Shown here in pieces: positions 21,423 through 30,710 of a stretch of DNA of 64,000 bases. The position numbers and the translations under genes were made by a program. This DNA comes from an uncultured Acidobacteriota bacterium (GTDB lineage: Bacteria > Acidobacteriota > Thermoanaerobaculia > UBA5066 > Gp7-AA6), in the NCBI GenBank assembly GCA_963764715.1, contig CAVXTP010000006.1:160001-224000 (forward strand), written 5' to 3'. The stretch's first letter is position 1; each line of letters begins with the position of its first letter. The notes below the pieces were generated by a model. That model did not search any database. It was not told where the DNA came from and worked only from the letters and a program-made list of their open reading frames with translations.

Positions 21423-23882
21423 ATGAGTCTGCTCCAGGACCTCCGCTTCGCCGCCCGCACGCTGAAGAAGAGCCCAGGCTTCGCGGCCCTCGCGATCCTG
21501 ACGCTCGCCCTCGGGATCGGCGTCAACGTCGCGATCTTCTCGGCGGTCGACGCGGTCCTGTTCCGGCCGCTCGCCGTGCGCGACCCGGCCTCGCTCGTCC
21601 GGATCTGGGCGACCGACGAGAAGGGGCAGGAGCTCTACAACCACTCGTATCCGGTCTTCACGGACTACCGCGACGGCGCGTCGGCGTTCGCCGGGATGGC
21701 GGCCTTCGACGACTCCGAGGCCTTCCACCTCTCGACGGGCGGGAAGCCCGAACGGGTGACGGGGGCCCTCGTGAGCGGGAGCTTCTTCGAGCTGCTCGGC
21801 GCGCGGCCCGAACGCGGCCGGCTCCTTTCGCTCTCCGACGACGCGGCGCCCGGCGCCGCCGCCGTCGCGGTCATCAGCCATCGCCTCTGGGCCGGCCGTT
21901 TCGGGTCGGACGAGGCCACCGTGGGCTCGACGGTCCGGTTGAACGGCCACCCCTACACGATCGTCGGCGTGGCGCCTCCCGGTTTCACCGGCGTCAACCT
22001 CGACAACCTTCCGGACGTCTGGGTCCCGATCGCGATGGTCGACCACGCCCTTCCCGAGTTCGCGGACGACAAAGTCCTGACCGGCCGCAACCTCTCCTGG
22101 CTCGACGTCATTGCCCGTCTCAAGCCCGGCGTGTCCGCCGCCACCGCGCAGGCCGAGCTCGACACGATTGCGAAGCGCCGGGCGCTGGGCCAGGCGAAGG
22201 ACCATCAGGACCCAATGGCGAAGGTCCTCCCGGCCGGCGACTTCGCCGTCGGCCCGAGTTCCCGCGACGAGGCGCGCCGCCTGTCCTGGCTCCTCGTGGG
22301 GATGGCCGGTCTCGTGCTCCTGATCGCCTGCGCGGACGCCGCGGGCCTCCTGCTCCTGCGCGCCGAGCGGCGCCGGCGGGAGATCGGCGTTCGGGTCGCC
22401 CTCGGCGCCTCCCGCCGGCAGATCGCGCGGCAGCTCTTCGTCGAGAGTCTGCTGCTCGCGACGCTGGCGGCCGGGACCGGCCTCGTCTTCGCGATCTGGG
22501 GCGGCGACCTGCTCGCGGCGCTCGTGCCTCCCGAGTTCGCGCTCCCGATGGGCGCGGCGACCTCCGTGCTCGACCTGCGCGCGCTCGCCTTCGCGGCGGC
22601 CGCGGCGTTCGCGTGCGCCGTCCTCTCCGGGCTCGTGCCGGCCCTGCGCGGAGGCCGGATCGACGTGCTGACCTCGATCAAGGGCTCGGGGCCGCAGGCC
22701 GGCCGGCCGCGGTTCGGCCCGCGCGACGCGCTCGTCGTCGGCCAGATCGCGCTGACGGCGGTTCTCCTCGTCGGCGCAGGCCTGACGGCGCACACGCTGG
22801 CGCGCGAGGCCGCCGTCGACCCGGGCTTCGATCCCGCCGGGCGGCTCGAGGCGTCGCTCGACCTGGCCCGCCAGGGCTACGACCGTGCTCGGGGCTCGGC
22901 CCTGTTCGCGGAGCTGCTCGAGCGCGTGCGCGCGATCCCCGGCGTCCGCTCCGCGGCCCTCGCCCGGACGACGCCCGTGCAGAGCGCGGGCATGCGGACC
23001 TCCATCGAGAGCGACGGGTACACGCCCGCTCCCGACGAGATCCCGCAGGCGGACCTCAACATCGTCACGCCCGGCTTCTTTTCCGCGCTCGGCGCGCGAC
23101 TGGTGGCCGGCCGCGACTTCGACGCGCGCGACAGGGCCGACGGCCCCGCGGTCGCGATCGTCAGCGAGGCGATGGCTCGCAAGTTCTGGCCGGGCGTCGA
23201 TCCGGTCGGCCGCCGCATCATGAACCTCGGGCCTCCCGGGGTCGGCGGCGAGGTCATCGGCGTCGTGCGCGACGTCCGCTTCCGCAGCCTGCGCCGGGCG
23301 CCGGATCCCACGGTCTACGTCCCGCTGTCCCAGTTCTACATGCCCCGGATGACGATCCTCCTCGACGCGAAGACCGACGCCGCCGCCCTGGCGGGACCCC
23401 TGGCGCAGGCCGTCGCCGGCCTGGATTCGGGGCTTCCGCTCTTCCACGTCCGCACGCTGGAGGAGAAGCTCGGCCTCGCCCTCGGGCAGAGCCGGCTGAT
23501 CGCGCTTCTCGTCGGCGCCTTCGGCCTGCTGGCGCTGCTGCTCTCGGCGACCGGGCTCTACGGCGTCGTCTCGTACGCGACCCAGGCGCGCACGCGCGAG
23601 TTCGGAATCCGGATGGCCCTCGGCGCGCAGAAGGCGCACGTGCGCGGCCTCGTCCTCCGGCGCGGCTCCCGGATCGCGATCCTCGGGCTCGCGGCGGGTC
23701 TTGCCGCCGCCGCCGCCGCCTCGCGCCTGGCGGCCCAACTTCTCTTCGGCGTTTCCCCTCTCGATCCGCTTTCGTACGCCGCCGCCGCCTCCATCCTCGC
23801 CGCCGCGGTGCTCGCCGCCAGCGCCGTGCCCGCCGAGCGTGCCGCTCGCGTGGAGCCGATGGCCGCCCTGAGGAGCGAATGA
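21423..23882 (+). CDS. ADOP-family ABC permease, copy 8
   Basis: MSLLQDLRFAARTLKKSPGF...EPMAALRSE. Confidence 0.92.
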   Translation: MSLLQDLRFAARTLKKSPGFAALAILTLALGIGVNVAIFSAVDAVLFRPLAVRDPASLVRIWATDEKGQELYNHSYPVFTDYRDGASAFAGMAAFDDSEAFHLSTGGKPERVTGALVSGSFFELLGARPERGRLLSLSDDAAPGAAAVAVISHRLWAGRFGSDEATVGSTVRLNGHPYTIVGVAPPGFTGVNLDNLPDVWVPIAMVDHALPEFADDKVLTGRNLSWLDVIARLKPGVSAATAQAELDTIAKRRALGQAKDHQDPMAKVLPAGDFAVGPSSRDEARRLSWLLVGMAGLVLLIACADAAGLLLLRAERRRREIGVRVALGASRRQIARQLFVESLLLATLAAGTGLVFAIWGGDLLAALVPPEFALPMGAATSVLDLRALAFAAAAAFACAVLSGLVPALRGGRIDVLTSIKGSGPQAGRPRFGPRDALVVGQIALTAVLLVGAGLTAHTLAREAAVDPGFDPAGRLEASLDLARQGYDRARGSALFAELLERVRAIPGVRSAALARTTPVQSAGMRTSIESDGYTPAPDEIPQADLNIVTPGFFSALGARLVAGRDFDARDRADGPAVAIVSEAMARKFWPGVDPVGRRIMNLGPPGVGGEVIGVVRDVRFRSLRRAPDPTVYVPLSQFYMPRMTILLDAKTDAAALAGPLAQAVAGLDSGLPLFHVRTLEEKLGLALGQSRLIALLVGAFGLLALLLSATGLYGVVSYATQARTREFGIRMALGAQKAHVRGLVLRRGSRIAILGLAAGLAAAAAASRLAAQLLFGVSPLDPLSYAAAASILAAAVLAASAVPAERAARVEPMAALRSE

Positions 23883-26389
23883 TGAATGCCCTGCTCCAGG
23901 ACCTGCGCTACGCGCTGCGTTCGCTTCGCAAGAGCCCGGCCTTCGCCGCCGCCGCGATCGCGACGCTCGCGCTCGGCATCGGCGCCAACGCCGCGATCTT
24001 CGCGCTCGTCGACCGGGTGATGCTCCGGCTGCTGCCGGTCCGCGCGCCGCGTGAGCTCGTCCTCCTCCGCTCCCCGGGCCCCCGCCAGGGACATACGTGG
24101 AGCGACGGCGACGACGCCTTCTCCTTCTCGTACCCCATGTACCGCGACCTGCGCGATCGCAACGAGGTCTTCGAAGGGCTCCTCGGCGTCTTCCCGTTCG
24201 CGGCGAGCGTCGCGGCCGGCGGAACGACCGAGCGGGCGGCGGGAGAGCTCGTCACGGGAAATTACTTCGGCGTGTTGGGCGTGCCGCCGGAGCTCGGCCG
24301 GGTCTTCACTCCCGACGACGACCGGGCGCCCGGCGCGCATCCGCTGACGGTCCTCTCGCACGGTTACTGGGCCCGCCGCTTCGGGAGCGACCCGTCGATC
24401 CTCAACAAGACGATCGTCGTCAACGGCCAGTCCCTCACCGTCGTGGGCGTCGCGCACGCCGCCTTCGCCGGCGTCCAGCCCGGCCGCCGCGCGGACCTCT
24501 TCGTCCCGCTCGCGATGAAGGCGGGGATGACGCCGTTCCAGGAGACCCTCGAAAGTCCCAGGGACTACTGGCTGCAGCTGATCGGACGGCTGAAGCCTGG
24601 CCTGTCGCCCGCCGCCGCCGAGGCTTCACTCGCCGCGACGTATCGGCCGCTCCTCGAGGCCCTCCTTCCGCAGATGACGAACTGGGACGACACCCGCAAG
24701 AAGGAATTCCTCGCGCGCCGGATCGAGCTTCCGGCCGGGGGCGTCGGCCGGTCCAACATGCGGCAGGGGTTCGGCACGCCGCTGCTCTCGCTGATGGGGA
24801 TGGTCGGCCTCGTGCTCCTGATCGCCTGTTCGAACCTCGCGGGTCTGCTCGCCGCGCGCGGCGTCGCCCGCCAGCGCGAGTACGGCATCCGCCTCGCGAT
24901 CGGCGCCAATCCGGGGCAGCTGCTCCGCCAGTCCGTCGTCGAGTGCCTGACCTTCTCGATCGCGGGCGGTGCGCTCGGCCTCGCGCTGGCGACCTGGACG
25001 CTCTCGGCGCTCCTGTCCACCTTCCCCCCGGACGCCGACCTGCGACAGGTTGCCGTCTCGATCGACCCGCGGGTCATCGGCTTCGCCGCCGTCCTCGCCG
25101 TCGTCGCGGGGATCCTCTTCGGCGTCGGCCCGGCGTACCGCGCGTCTCGGCTCGATCCGGCTCGGACCCTGCGCGGCCAGAGCCGCGGCGCGAGCTCGGC
25201 CGGGCGCGAAGCCATCCGGACGCGCGGCTGGCTCGTGACGGCGCAGGTCGCCCTGACGCTCGTGCTGCTCGTGGCCGCCGGTCTCTTCACCAGGAGCCTC
25301 GCCAACCTCGGTCGCGTCGACCTGGGCATCAAGCCGGACAACGTTCTTTCCTTCTCGCTCGCTCCCGAGTCGAACGGCTACACGCCCGAGCGGACGGCGC
25401 AGCTCGTGCGGCGGCTCTCCGAGACGCTGGCCGCCGCCCCGGGGGTCCGCTCGGTCTCGGCCGCCGAGGTCGCCGCCATGACCGGAAGCGACGAGACGAG
25501 CAACGTCCGGACGTCGGGTCCCGCCAACGAAGAGACCAAGGGCATCCGGGTCTGGCGCAACCAGGTCGGGCCGCAATACTTCTCGACGCTCGGCATCCCG
25601 CTCGTCGCCGGCCGGGAGTTCCGGTTCGAGGACGATCTGCGGGCGGCCCCGGTCGCCATCGTCAACGAGACGATGGCGCGCAAGTTCTTTCCGGGCCGCT
25701 CCGCGATCGGCGAGCGGCTCGGGATCGGCCGCGGCGAGGAGGCGCCCGGGATCGAGATCGTCGGCATCGTCCGCGACGCCAAGGCGGGGCGTGTCGGCGA
25801 AGAGGACCACCCCTTCGCGTTCACGCCGTACCTCCAGGATTCGAAGCTGGGCTCGCTCACCTTCTACCTGCGGGGCGAGCTCCCGCCCGACCGCCTCGCA
25901 CCGGCTGCGCGCGCCGCGGTGGCGAGCCTCGATCCGCAGCTTCCGGTCTTCGACCTCAAGACGCTGACGGCCCAGATCCGCGAGTCCCTGCTGACGGAGC
26001 GCCTCATCTTCGTCCTGTCCGTCGCCTTCGGCGGCCTCGCGGCGCTTCTCGCCGCGATCGGGATCTACGGGGTCCTCGCCTTCTCGGTCGCCGAGCGGCG
26101 GCGGGAGATCGGCGTGCGCATGGCCCTCGGCGCCGACCCGGCGACCGTCCGCCGCCTGGTCCTGTCCGAGGTCGGACGCTTCCTCGTCATCGGCGCGGCC
26201 GTCGGACTGCCGGCCGCCTGGGCGCTCGCCCGGGTCATCGAGTCGATCCTGTTCGGCGTGAAGGCCGCCGATCCCTTCGTCTTCGCCTCGGGCCTCGCGC
26301 TCATGGCGGCGGTCGCCCTGGGCGCCGGCTACCTGCCGGCGCGGCGCGCCGCGAAGATCGACCCGCTCGACGCCCTCCGGGGCGACTGA
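23879..26389 (+). CDS. ADOP-family ABC permease, copy 9 (start may be 23882)
   Basis: [20 protein letters not shown]...FSYPMYRDLRD...IDPLDALRGD. Confidence 0.92.
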   Translation: MMNALLQDLRYALRSLRKSPAFAAAAIATLALGIGANAAIFALVDRVMLRLLPVRAPRELVLLRSPGPRQGHTWSDGDDAFSFSYPMYRDLRDRNEVFEGLLGVFPFAASVAAGGTTERAAGELVTGNYFGVLGVPPELGRVFTPDDDRAPGAHPLTVLSHGYWARRFGSDPSILNKTIVVNGQSLTVVGVAHAAFAGVQPGRRADLFVPLAMKAGMTPFQETLESPRDYWLQLIGRLKPGLSPAAAEASLAATYRPLLEALLPQMTNWDDTRKKEFLARRIELPAGGVGRSNMRQGFGTPLLSLMGMVGLVLLIACSNLAGLLAARGVARQREYGIRLAIGANPGQLLRQSVVECLTFSIAGGALGLALATWTLSALLSTFPPDADLRQVAVSIDPRVIGFAAVLAVVAGILFGVGPAYRASRLDPARTLRGQSRGASSAGREAIRTRGWLVTAQVALTLVLLVAAGLFTRSLANLGRVDLGIKPDNVLSFSLAPESNGYTPERTAQLVRRLSETLAAAPGVRSVSAAEVAAMTGSDETSNVRTSGPANEETKGIRVWRNQVGPQYFSTLGIPLVAGREFRFEDDLRAAPVAIVNETMARKFFPGRSAIGERLGIGRGEEAPGIEIVGIVRDAKAGRVGEEDHPFAFTPYLQDSKLGSLTFYLRGELPPDRLAPAARAAVASLDPQLPVFDLKTLTAQIRESLLTERLIFVLSVAFGGLAALLAAIGIYGVLAFSVAERRREIGVRMALGADPATVRRLVLSEVGRFLVIGAAVGLPAAWALARVIESILFGVKAADPFVFASGLALMAAVALGAGYLPARRAAKIDPLDALRGD

Positions 26390-26410
26390 AGATCGAAAAA
26401 GGAGACCTCC

Positions 26411-28897
26411 ATGTCGACCCTCGGACAGGACCTGCGTTACGCGCTCCGCACCCTCCGCAAGAGTCCTGGCTTCGCGGCCGTCGCGATCGGCACGCTCGCC
26501 CTGGGGATCGGGGCGAACGCCGCCATCTTCTCGGTCGTGAACACCGTGCTCCTGAAGCCCCTGCCCTTCGACCGGGCCGGTGAGCTCGTCCGCGTGACGT
26601 CGGACTTCACGCGCCGCGGCACCACCGACGTCGGCCTGTCGGCGCCCGAGCTCTTCGACTACCGCGACCGGTCGGGCGTCTTTTCGGCGATCTCCGGGCT
26701 CTACCCCATCACGGCCAACGTCACCGGCGGCGACCGCCCCGAGCGGGTCGAGACGCTGCTCGTCGACGTCGATTACTTCGACATCCTCGGCGTCAAGCCG
26801 CAGGTGGGCCGCCTCTTCGAGAAGAAGGACTACGACCCCGGCATCGCCGACTTCGTGGTCCTCTCGGACGGTTTCTGGCGGCGCCGGTTCGGAGCGGATC
26901 CGGGCGTCATCGGCAAGCCCCTGCGGATCGACGACGACCTCTGCACGATCCTGGGCGTGCTCCCTCCGGGCTTCCGCCATCCCGGGCGAGTGATCGAAAC
27001 GGAGGTCGAAGTCTGGGCCCCGTCGGGCTGGCTCGGCCCTCCCTTCCAGGGACCCAACCGTCGCGGCTACTTCCTTCAGGGCGCGCTCGGTCGGCTGAAG
27101 CCCGGCGTGACGCCGGCGGCGGCGCAGGCGCGCCTCGACGCCCTCGCCGGGGAGCTGCGCCGCGAGTACGGGAGCGACTACCCCGAGAACGACGGCTGGG
27201 CGCCGCGCCTCGTTCCCCTCCAGGACGATCTCGTGGGCGGCGTCCGCCCCGCGCTGATGGTGCTGCTCGCGGCCGTCGGCCTCGTCCTCCTGATCGGGTG
27301 CGCGAACGTCGCGAACCTCCAGCTCGCGCGCGCCTCGGCCCGGCGCCGCGAAATCGCCGTCCGCCAGGCGCTCGGCGCGTCGCGCGCGCGCCTCATCCGG
27401 CAGTTGCTGACCGAGAGTCTCGTCGTCGCGCTGCTGGGCGGCGCCCTCGGACTTCTCCTCGCCGCGTTCGGCGTCGATCTCCTGATGCGGCTCTCGCCGG
27501 CGAGCATCCTCCGGCTTCCCGAGGTGGGCATCGACCGGTCCGTGCTGCTCTTTACCCTCGGCGCCTCCCTGCTCACGGGAATCGTCTTCGGGATCACGCC
27601 CGCCCTTCAGGGCTCCAGCGCCGGCCTCGGCGAGGCGCTCAACGAAGGCTCCCGCGGGGCGTCCGGCCGCCGCGGCAAACGGGTCCGGTCGCTCCTCGTC
27701 GTCACCGAGTTCGCGCTCGCGCTCGTGCTCCTCGTGGGCGCGGGCCTGCTCGTGCGCACGCTGTGGCGGCTGCAGAAGGTCGACGTGGGCTTCCAGCCGA
27801 CGAACGTGACGACCGCCAGCCTCTGGCTCCCGCAGCCCGACATCCGTGAAAACGGGAGGTACAACGAGAGCTCCGCGCAGGCCGCCTTCTACCGCAAGGC
27901 CCTCGAGCGGATCCGGGCATTGCCCGGGGTGGAGGCTGCCGGCGCGACGAGCGTCCCGTTCAACACCCGTCCGTTCACGACGCGGCTCCAGATCGAGGGA
28001 CGCGACCCCGAGCGCGACGGGACCGCCGTGGCCGCCGGCTCGAGCGCTTCGACCGGTTACTTCCGGACCCTCGGCGTTCCCCTCAAGGCCGGGCGCGACT
28101 TCGATGAGCGCGACGCCGAGGGCGGAGAGCCCGTCATGATCGTCAGCGAGACCTTCGCGCGCCGCTTCTTCCCGAGCGAGGACCCGATCGGCAAGCGCCT
28201 TCGCTTTCCGGGCCGCCCGCTGCAGCGCCAGGTCGTGAACGGCGACAAGCCGGCCCCCTGGATGACGATCGTCGGCGTCGTCGGCGACGTGAAGACGGAA
28301 TCGCTCACGCTCGACGGCCGACCGGCCTTCTATCGGCCGCTCCTCCAGGCGTCGAACGCCCTCTTCACCTTCGTGATCCGCGGCGCGTCCCCGCCCTCGA
28401 CGCTCGGCCCGCAGATCGACGCCGCGGTCCGCTCGCTCGACACCGAGTTGCCGGTCTTCGCGGTGCGCACGATGAGCGAGGCCATGGCGGCGACCGTCGA
28501 GGAGCGTCGCTTCGCGATGCAGCTGCTCGCGATCTTCGCCGCCGCCGCGCTCGCCCTCTCGGCCGTCGGCATCTACGGCGTGATCGCCTACGGAGTCGCG
28601 CAGCGCACCCGGGAGATCGGCATCCGCATGGCGCTCGGAGCGCGTCCGTCGGACGTTCGGCGGATGCTGCTCGCGGAGGGCGCGAAGCTCGCCGGCGCCG
28701 GCGTGGCACTCGGGCTCGCCGGGTCGGTCCTGCTGACGCAGGCGATGTCGGCGCTGCTCTACGGCGTCGGCCCCCGCGACCCCATGACCCTGGCGGCCGT
28801 CCCGGCGGTGCTGGCCGCGGTCGCCCTCGCGGCCACGTTCTTCCCGGCCCGACGGGCGAGCCGGGTCGATCCGACGACCGCGCTGCGCGCCGAATAG
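26411..28897 (+). CDS. ADOP-family ABC permease, copy 10
   Basis: [30 protein letters not shown]...VDPTTALRAE. Confidence 0.92.
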   Translation: MSTLGQDLRYALRTLRKSPGFAAVAIGTLALGIGANAAIFSVVNTVLLKPLPFDRAGELVRVTSDFTRRGTTDVGLSAPELFDYRDRSGVFSAISGLYPITANVTGGDRPERVETLLVDVDYFDILGVKPQVGRLFEKKDYDPGIADFVVLSDGFWRRRFGADPGVIGKPLRIDDDLCTILGVLPPGFRHPGRVIETEVEVWAPSGWLGPPFQGPNRRGYFLQGALGRLKPGVTPAAAQARLDALAGELRREYGSDYPENDGWAPRLVPLQDDLVGGVRPALMVLLAAVGLVLLIGCANVANLQLARASARRREIAVRQALGASRARLIRQLLTESLVVALLGGALGLLLAAFGVDLLMRLSPASILRLPEVGIDRSVLLFTLGASLLTGIVFGITPALQGSSAGLGEALNEGSRGASGRRGKRVRSLLVVTEFALALVLLVGAGLLVRTLWRLQKVDVGFQPTNVTTASLWLPQPDIRENGRYNESSAQAAFYRKALERIRALPGVEAAGATSVPFNTRPFTTRLQIEGRDPERDGTAVAAGSSASTGYFRTLGVPLKAGRDFDERDAEGGEPVMIVSETFARRFFPSEDPIGKRLRFPGRPLQRQVVNGDKPAPWMTIVGVVGDVKTESLTLDGRPAFYRPLLQASNALFTFVIRGASPPSTLGPQIDAAVRSLDTELPVFAVRTMSEAMAATVEERRFAMQLLAIFAAAALALSAVGIYGVIAYGVAQRTREIGIRMALGARPSDVRRMLLAEGAKLAGAGVALGLAGSVLLTQAMSALLYGVGPRDPMTLAAVPAVLAAVALAATFFPARRASRVDPTTALRAE

Positions 28898-28905
28898 GGG
28901 CGCGG

Positions 28906-28914
28906 TGGTAGATT
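28906..28914 (+). promoter_or_regulatory. Extended -10 promoter (TGgTAGATT), probably leaderless, for msrB and the two-component genes
   Basis: TGn-TAGATT ends 6 nt before the GTG at 28921 and there is no SD sequence. Confidence 0.45.
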
Positions 28915-28920
28915 CGCGCC

Positions 28921-29328
28921 GTGGTCGCCGAGGATCCCGGCCGGGTCGAGAAGACTCCCGAGGAGTGGCGCGCGGAGCTGACGCCGGAGCAGTACCGCAT
29001 CCTGCGCGAAAAGGGCACCGAGCGCGCCTTCACCGGCAGGTACTGGAATCACCACGCGCCCGGGACGTACGCCTGCGCCGCCTGCGGGAATCCCCTCTTC
29101 GATTCCGGGTCGAAGTTCGAGTCGGGGACGGGCTGGCCGAGCTTCACGACGCCGGCCTCCCCGGCGAGCGTGAAGACCCACGAGGACGCCAGCCTCTTCC
29201 TCTCCCGTACGGAGGTCCTGTGCCGGCGCTGCGACTCGCATCTCGGCCACGTCTTCGACGACGGGCCGGAACCGACGGGCCTGCGGTACTGCATGAACTC
29301 CGCCGCGCTCGACTTCCGGCCCCGGTGA
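28921..29328 (+). CDS. msrB: Peptide-methionine (R)-S-oxide reductase
   Basis: GTERAFTG, CAACG, SGTGWPSF, CRRCDSHLGHVFDDGP, RYCMNS. Confidence 0.95.
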   Translation: MVAEDPGRVEKTPEEWRAELTPEQYRILREKGTERAFTGRYWNHHAPGTYACAACGNPLFDSGSKFESGTGWPSFTTPASPASVKTHEDASLFLSRTEVLCRRCDSHLGHVFDDGPEPTGLRYCMNSAALDFRPR

Positions 29329-29350
29329 CCCGGCTCCGGTCGCCGCTGCC

Positions 29351-30706
29351 ATGAACCGTGCGCCGCGCGTCCTGATCGCCGACGACCAGCGCGACGTCCT
29401 GGAGGCCCTGCGCCTGCTACTCAAGGGCGAAGGTCTCGAGTGCGAGACGGCGAGCTCGCCCTCCGGAGTCCTCGCCGCGCTCGAGTCGCGCGAGCGGGAC
29501 GCGGCGCTGATCGACCTGAACTACACGCGCGACACGACCTCGGGGCAGGAGGGCCTCGACCTGCTGGCGAAGATCCAGGAGATCGACCCGACCCTGCCGG
29601 TGATCGTCATGACGGCCTGGGGCACCGTCGACCTCGCCGTCGAGGCGATGCGCAAGGGCGCCCGCGACTTCGTGCAGAAGCCGTGGGACAACGCCCGGCT
29701 GCTGACGACGCTCCGCACGCAGATCGCCCTCGGCCAGGCCCTGCGCGTCGGCCAGCGGCTCGAGGCCGAGAACCGGATCCTGCGCCACGAGGGCTTCCCG
29801 TCGATGGTCGCGGCCTCTCCGGCGATGCGCCCGGTCCTCGACGTCGTCGCGCGCGTCGGCCCGTCGGACGCCAACGTCCTGATCACCGGGGACAACGGCA
29901 CCGGGAAGACGCTCGTGGCCCGGGCGCTCCATGCCGCCTCGCCCCGCGCCGCGCGCCCCTTCCTGACGCTGAACGCCGGCGGCATCTCCGAGGGCGTGTT
30001 CGAGAGCGAGCTCTTCGGCCACGTCAAGGGCGCATTCACCGACGCCCGCGCCGACCGCGTCGGCCGCTTCGAGCTCGCCGACGGCGGCACCCTCTTCCTC
30101 GACGAGATCGGCAACGTCCCCCTCTCGCAGCAGGGCAAGCTCCTGCGCGTCCTCGAGACCGGGGAGTTCGAGCGCGTGGGTTCCTCCCGGACGCGGCGCT
30201 GCGACGTGCGGATCCTCTCGGCGACCAACGCCAACCTCGGCGCCGAGGTCGCCTCCGGGCGGTTCCGCCAGGACCTCCTCTTCCGTCTGAACACGATCGA
30301 GATCCACGTGCCCTCGCTCGCCGAGCGCCGCGAGGACATTCCACTCCTCGCCCGGCAGTTCCTGAAGAGCCACGCCGAGCGCTATCGCAAGAACGTCGCG
30401 GGCTTCGAGCCCCCGGCGATGGAGGCGCTGCTCGCCCACCGCTGGCCGGGCAACGTGCGCGAGCTCGACCACGCCGTCGAGCGGGCCGTCCTGATGTCCG
30501 GGGGCGGCGCGATCCGCGCCGGCGACCTCGGCCTGAAGCGCGGGGCCGACGGGGCGCGGCTCGAGGACCTGTCGCTCGAGGAAGTCGAGAGCCTCCTCGT
30601 GCGCAAGGCCATGGACCGGTTCGGCGGCAACGTGAGCCAGGCGGCGAAGGCCCTGGGCCTTTCGCGCAGCGCCCTCTATCGCCGGCTCGAAAAGCACGGA
30701 CAATGA
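29351..30706 (+). CDS. Sigma54-dependent response regulator (NtrC family: REC-AAA+-Fis HTH)
   Basis: Receiver domain (LIADD...IDLN), GDNGTGKT, ESELFGHVKGAFTDA, LFLDEIG, WPGNVREL, GNVSQAAKALGLSRSALYRRL. Confidence 0.95.
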   Translation: MNRAPRVLIADDQRDVLEALRLLLKGEGLECETASSPSGVLAALESRERDAALIDLNYTRDTTSGQEGLDLLAKIQEIDPTLPVIVMTAWGTVDLAVEAMRKGARDFVQKPWDNARLLTTLRTQIALGQALRVGQRLEAENRILRHEGFPSMVAASPAMRPVLDVVARVGPSDANVLITGDNGTGKTLVARALHAASPRAARPFLTLNAGGISEGVFESELFGHVKGAFTDARADRVGRFELADGGTLFLDEIGNVPLSQQGKLLRVLETGEFERVGSSRTRRCDVRILSATNANLGAEVASGRFRQDLLFRLNTIEIHVPSLAERREDIPLLARQFLKSHAERYRKNVAGFEPPAMEALLAHRWPGNVRELDHAVERAVLMSGGGAIRAGDLGLKRGADGARLEDLSLEEVESLLVRKAMDRFGGNVSQAAKALGLSRSALYRRLEKHGQ

Positions 30707-30710
30707 CTCC

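Noticed and set aside
3521-26980. Very long minus-strand and alternate-frame ORFs over the permease array (e.g. 10850-16150, 19365-23738, 5850-8870)
   Set aside because: They are shadow ORFs of high-GC coding DNA: Arg/Gly/Ala-rich, with no family motifs, and fully overlapping well-supported genes.
5965-28921. Integron-like or site-specific cassette recombination sites between permeases
   Set aside because: Spacers are mostly 0-25 bp with no shared attC-like palindrome, and there is no integrase or recombinase in the window.
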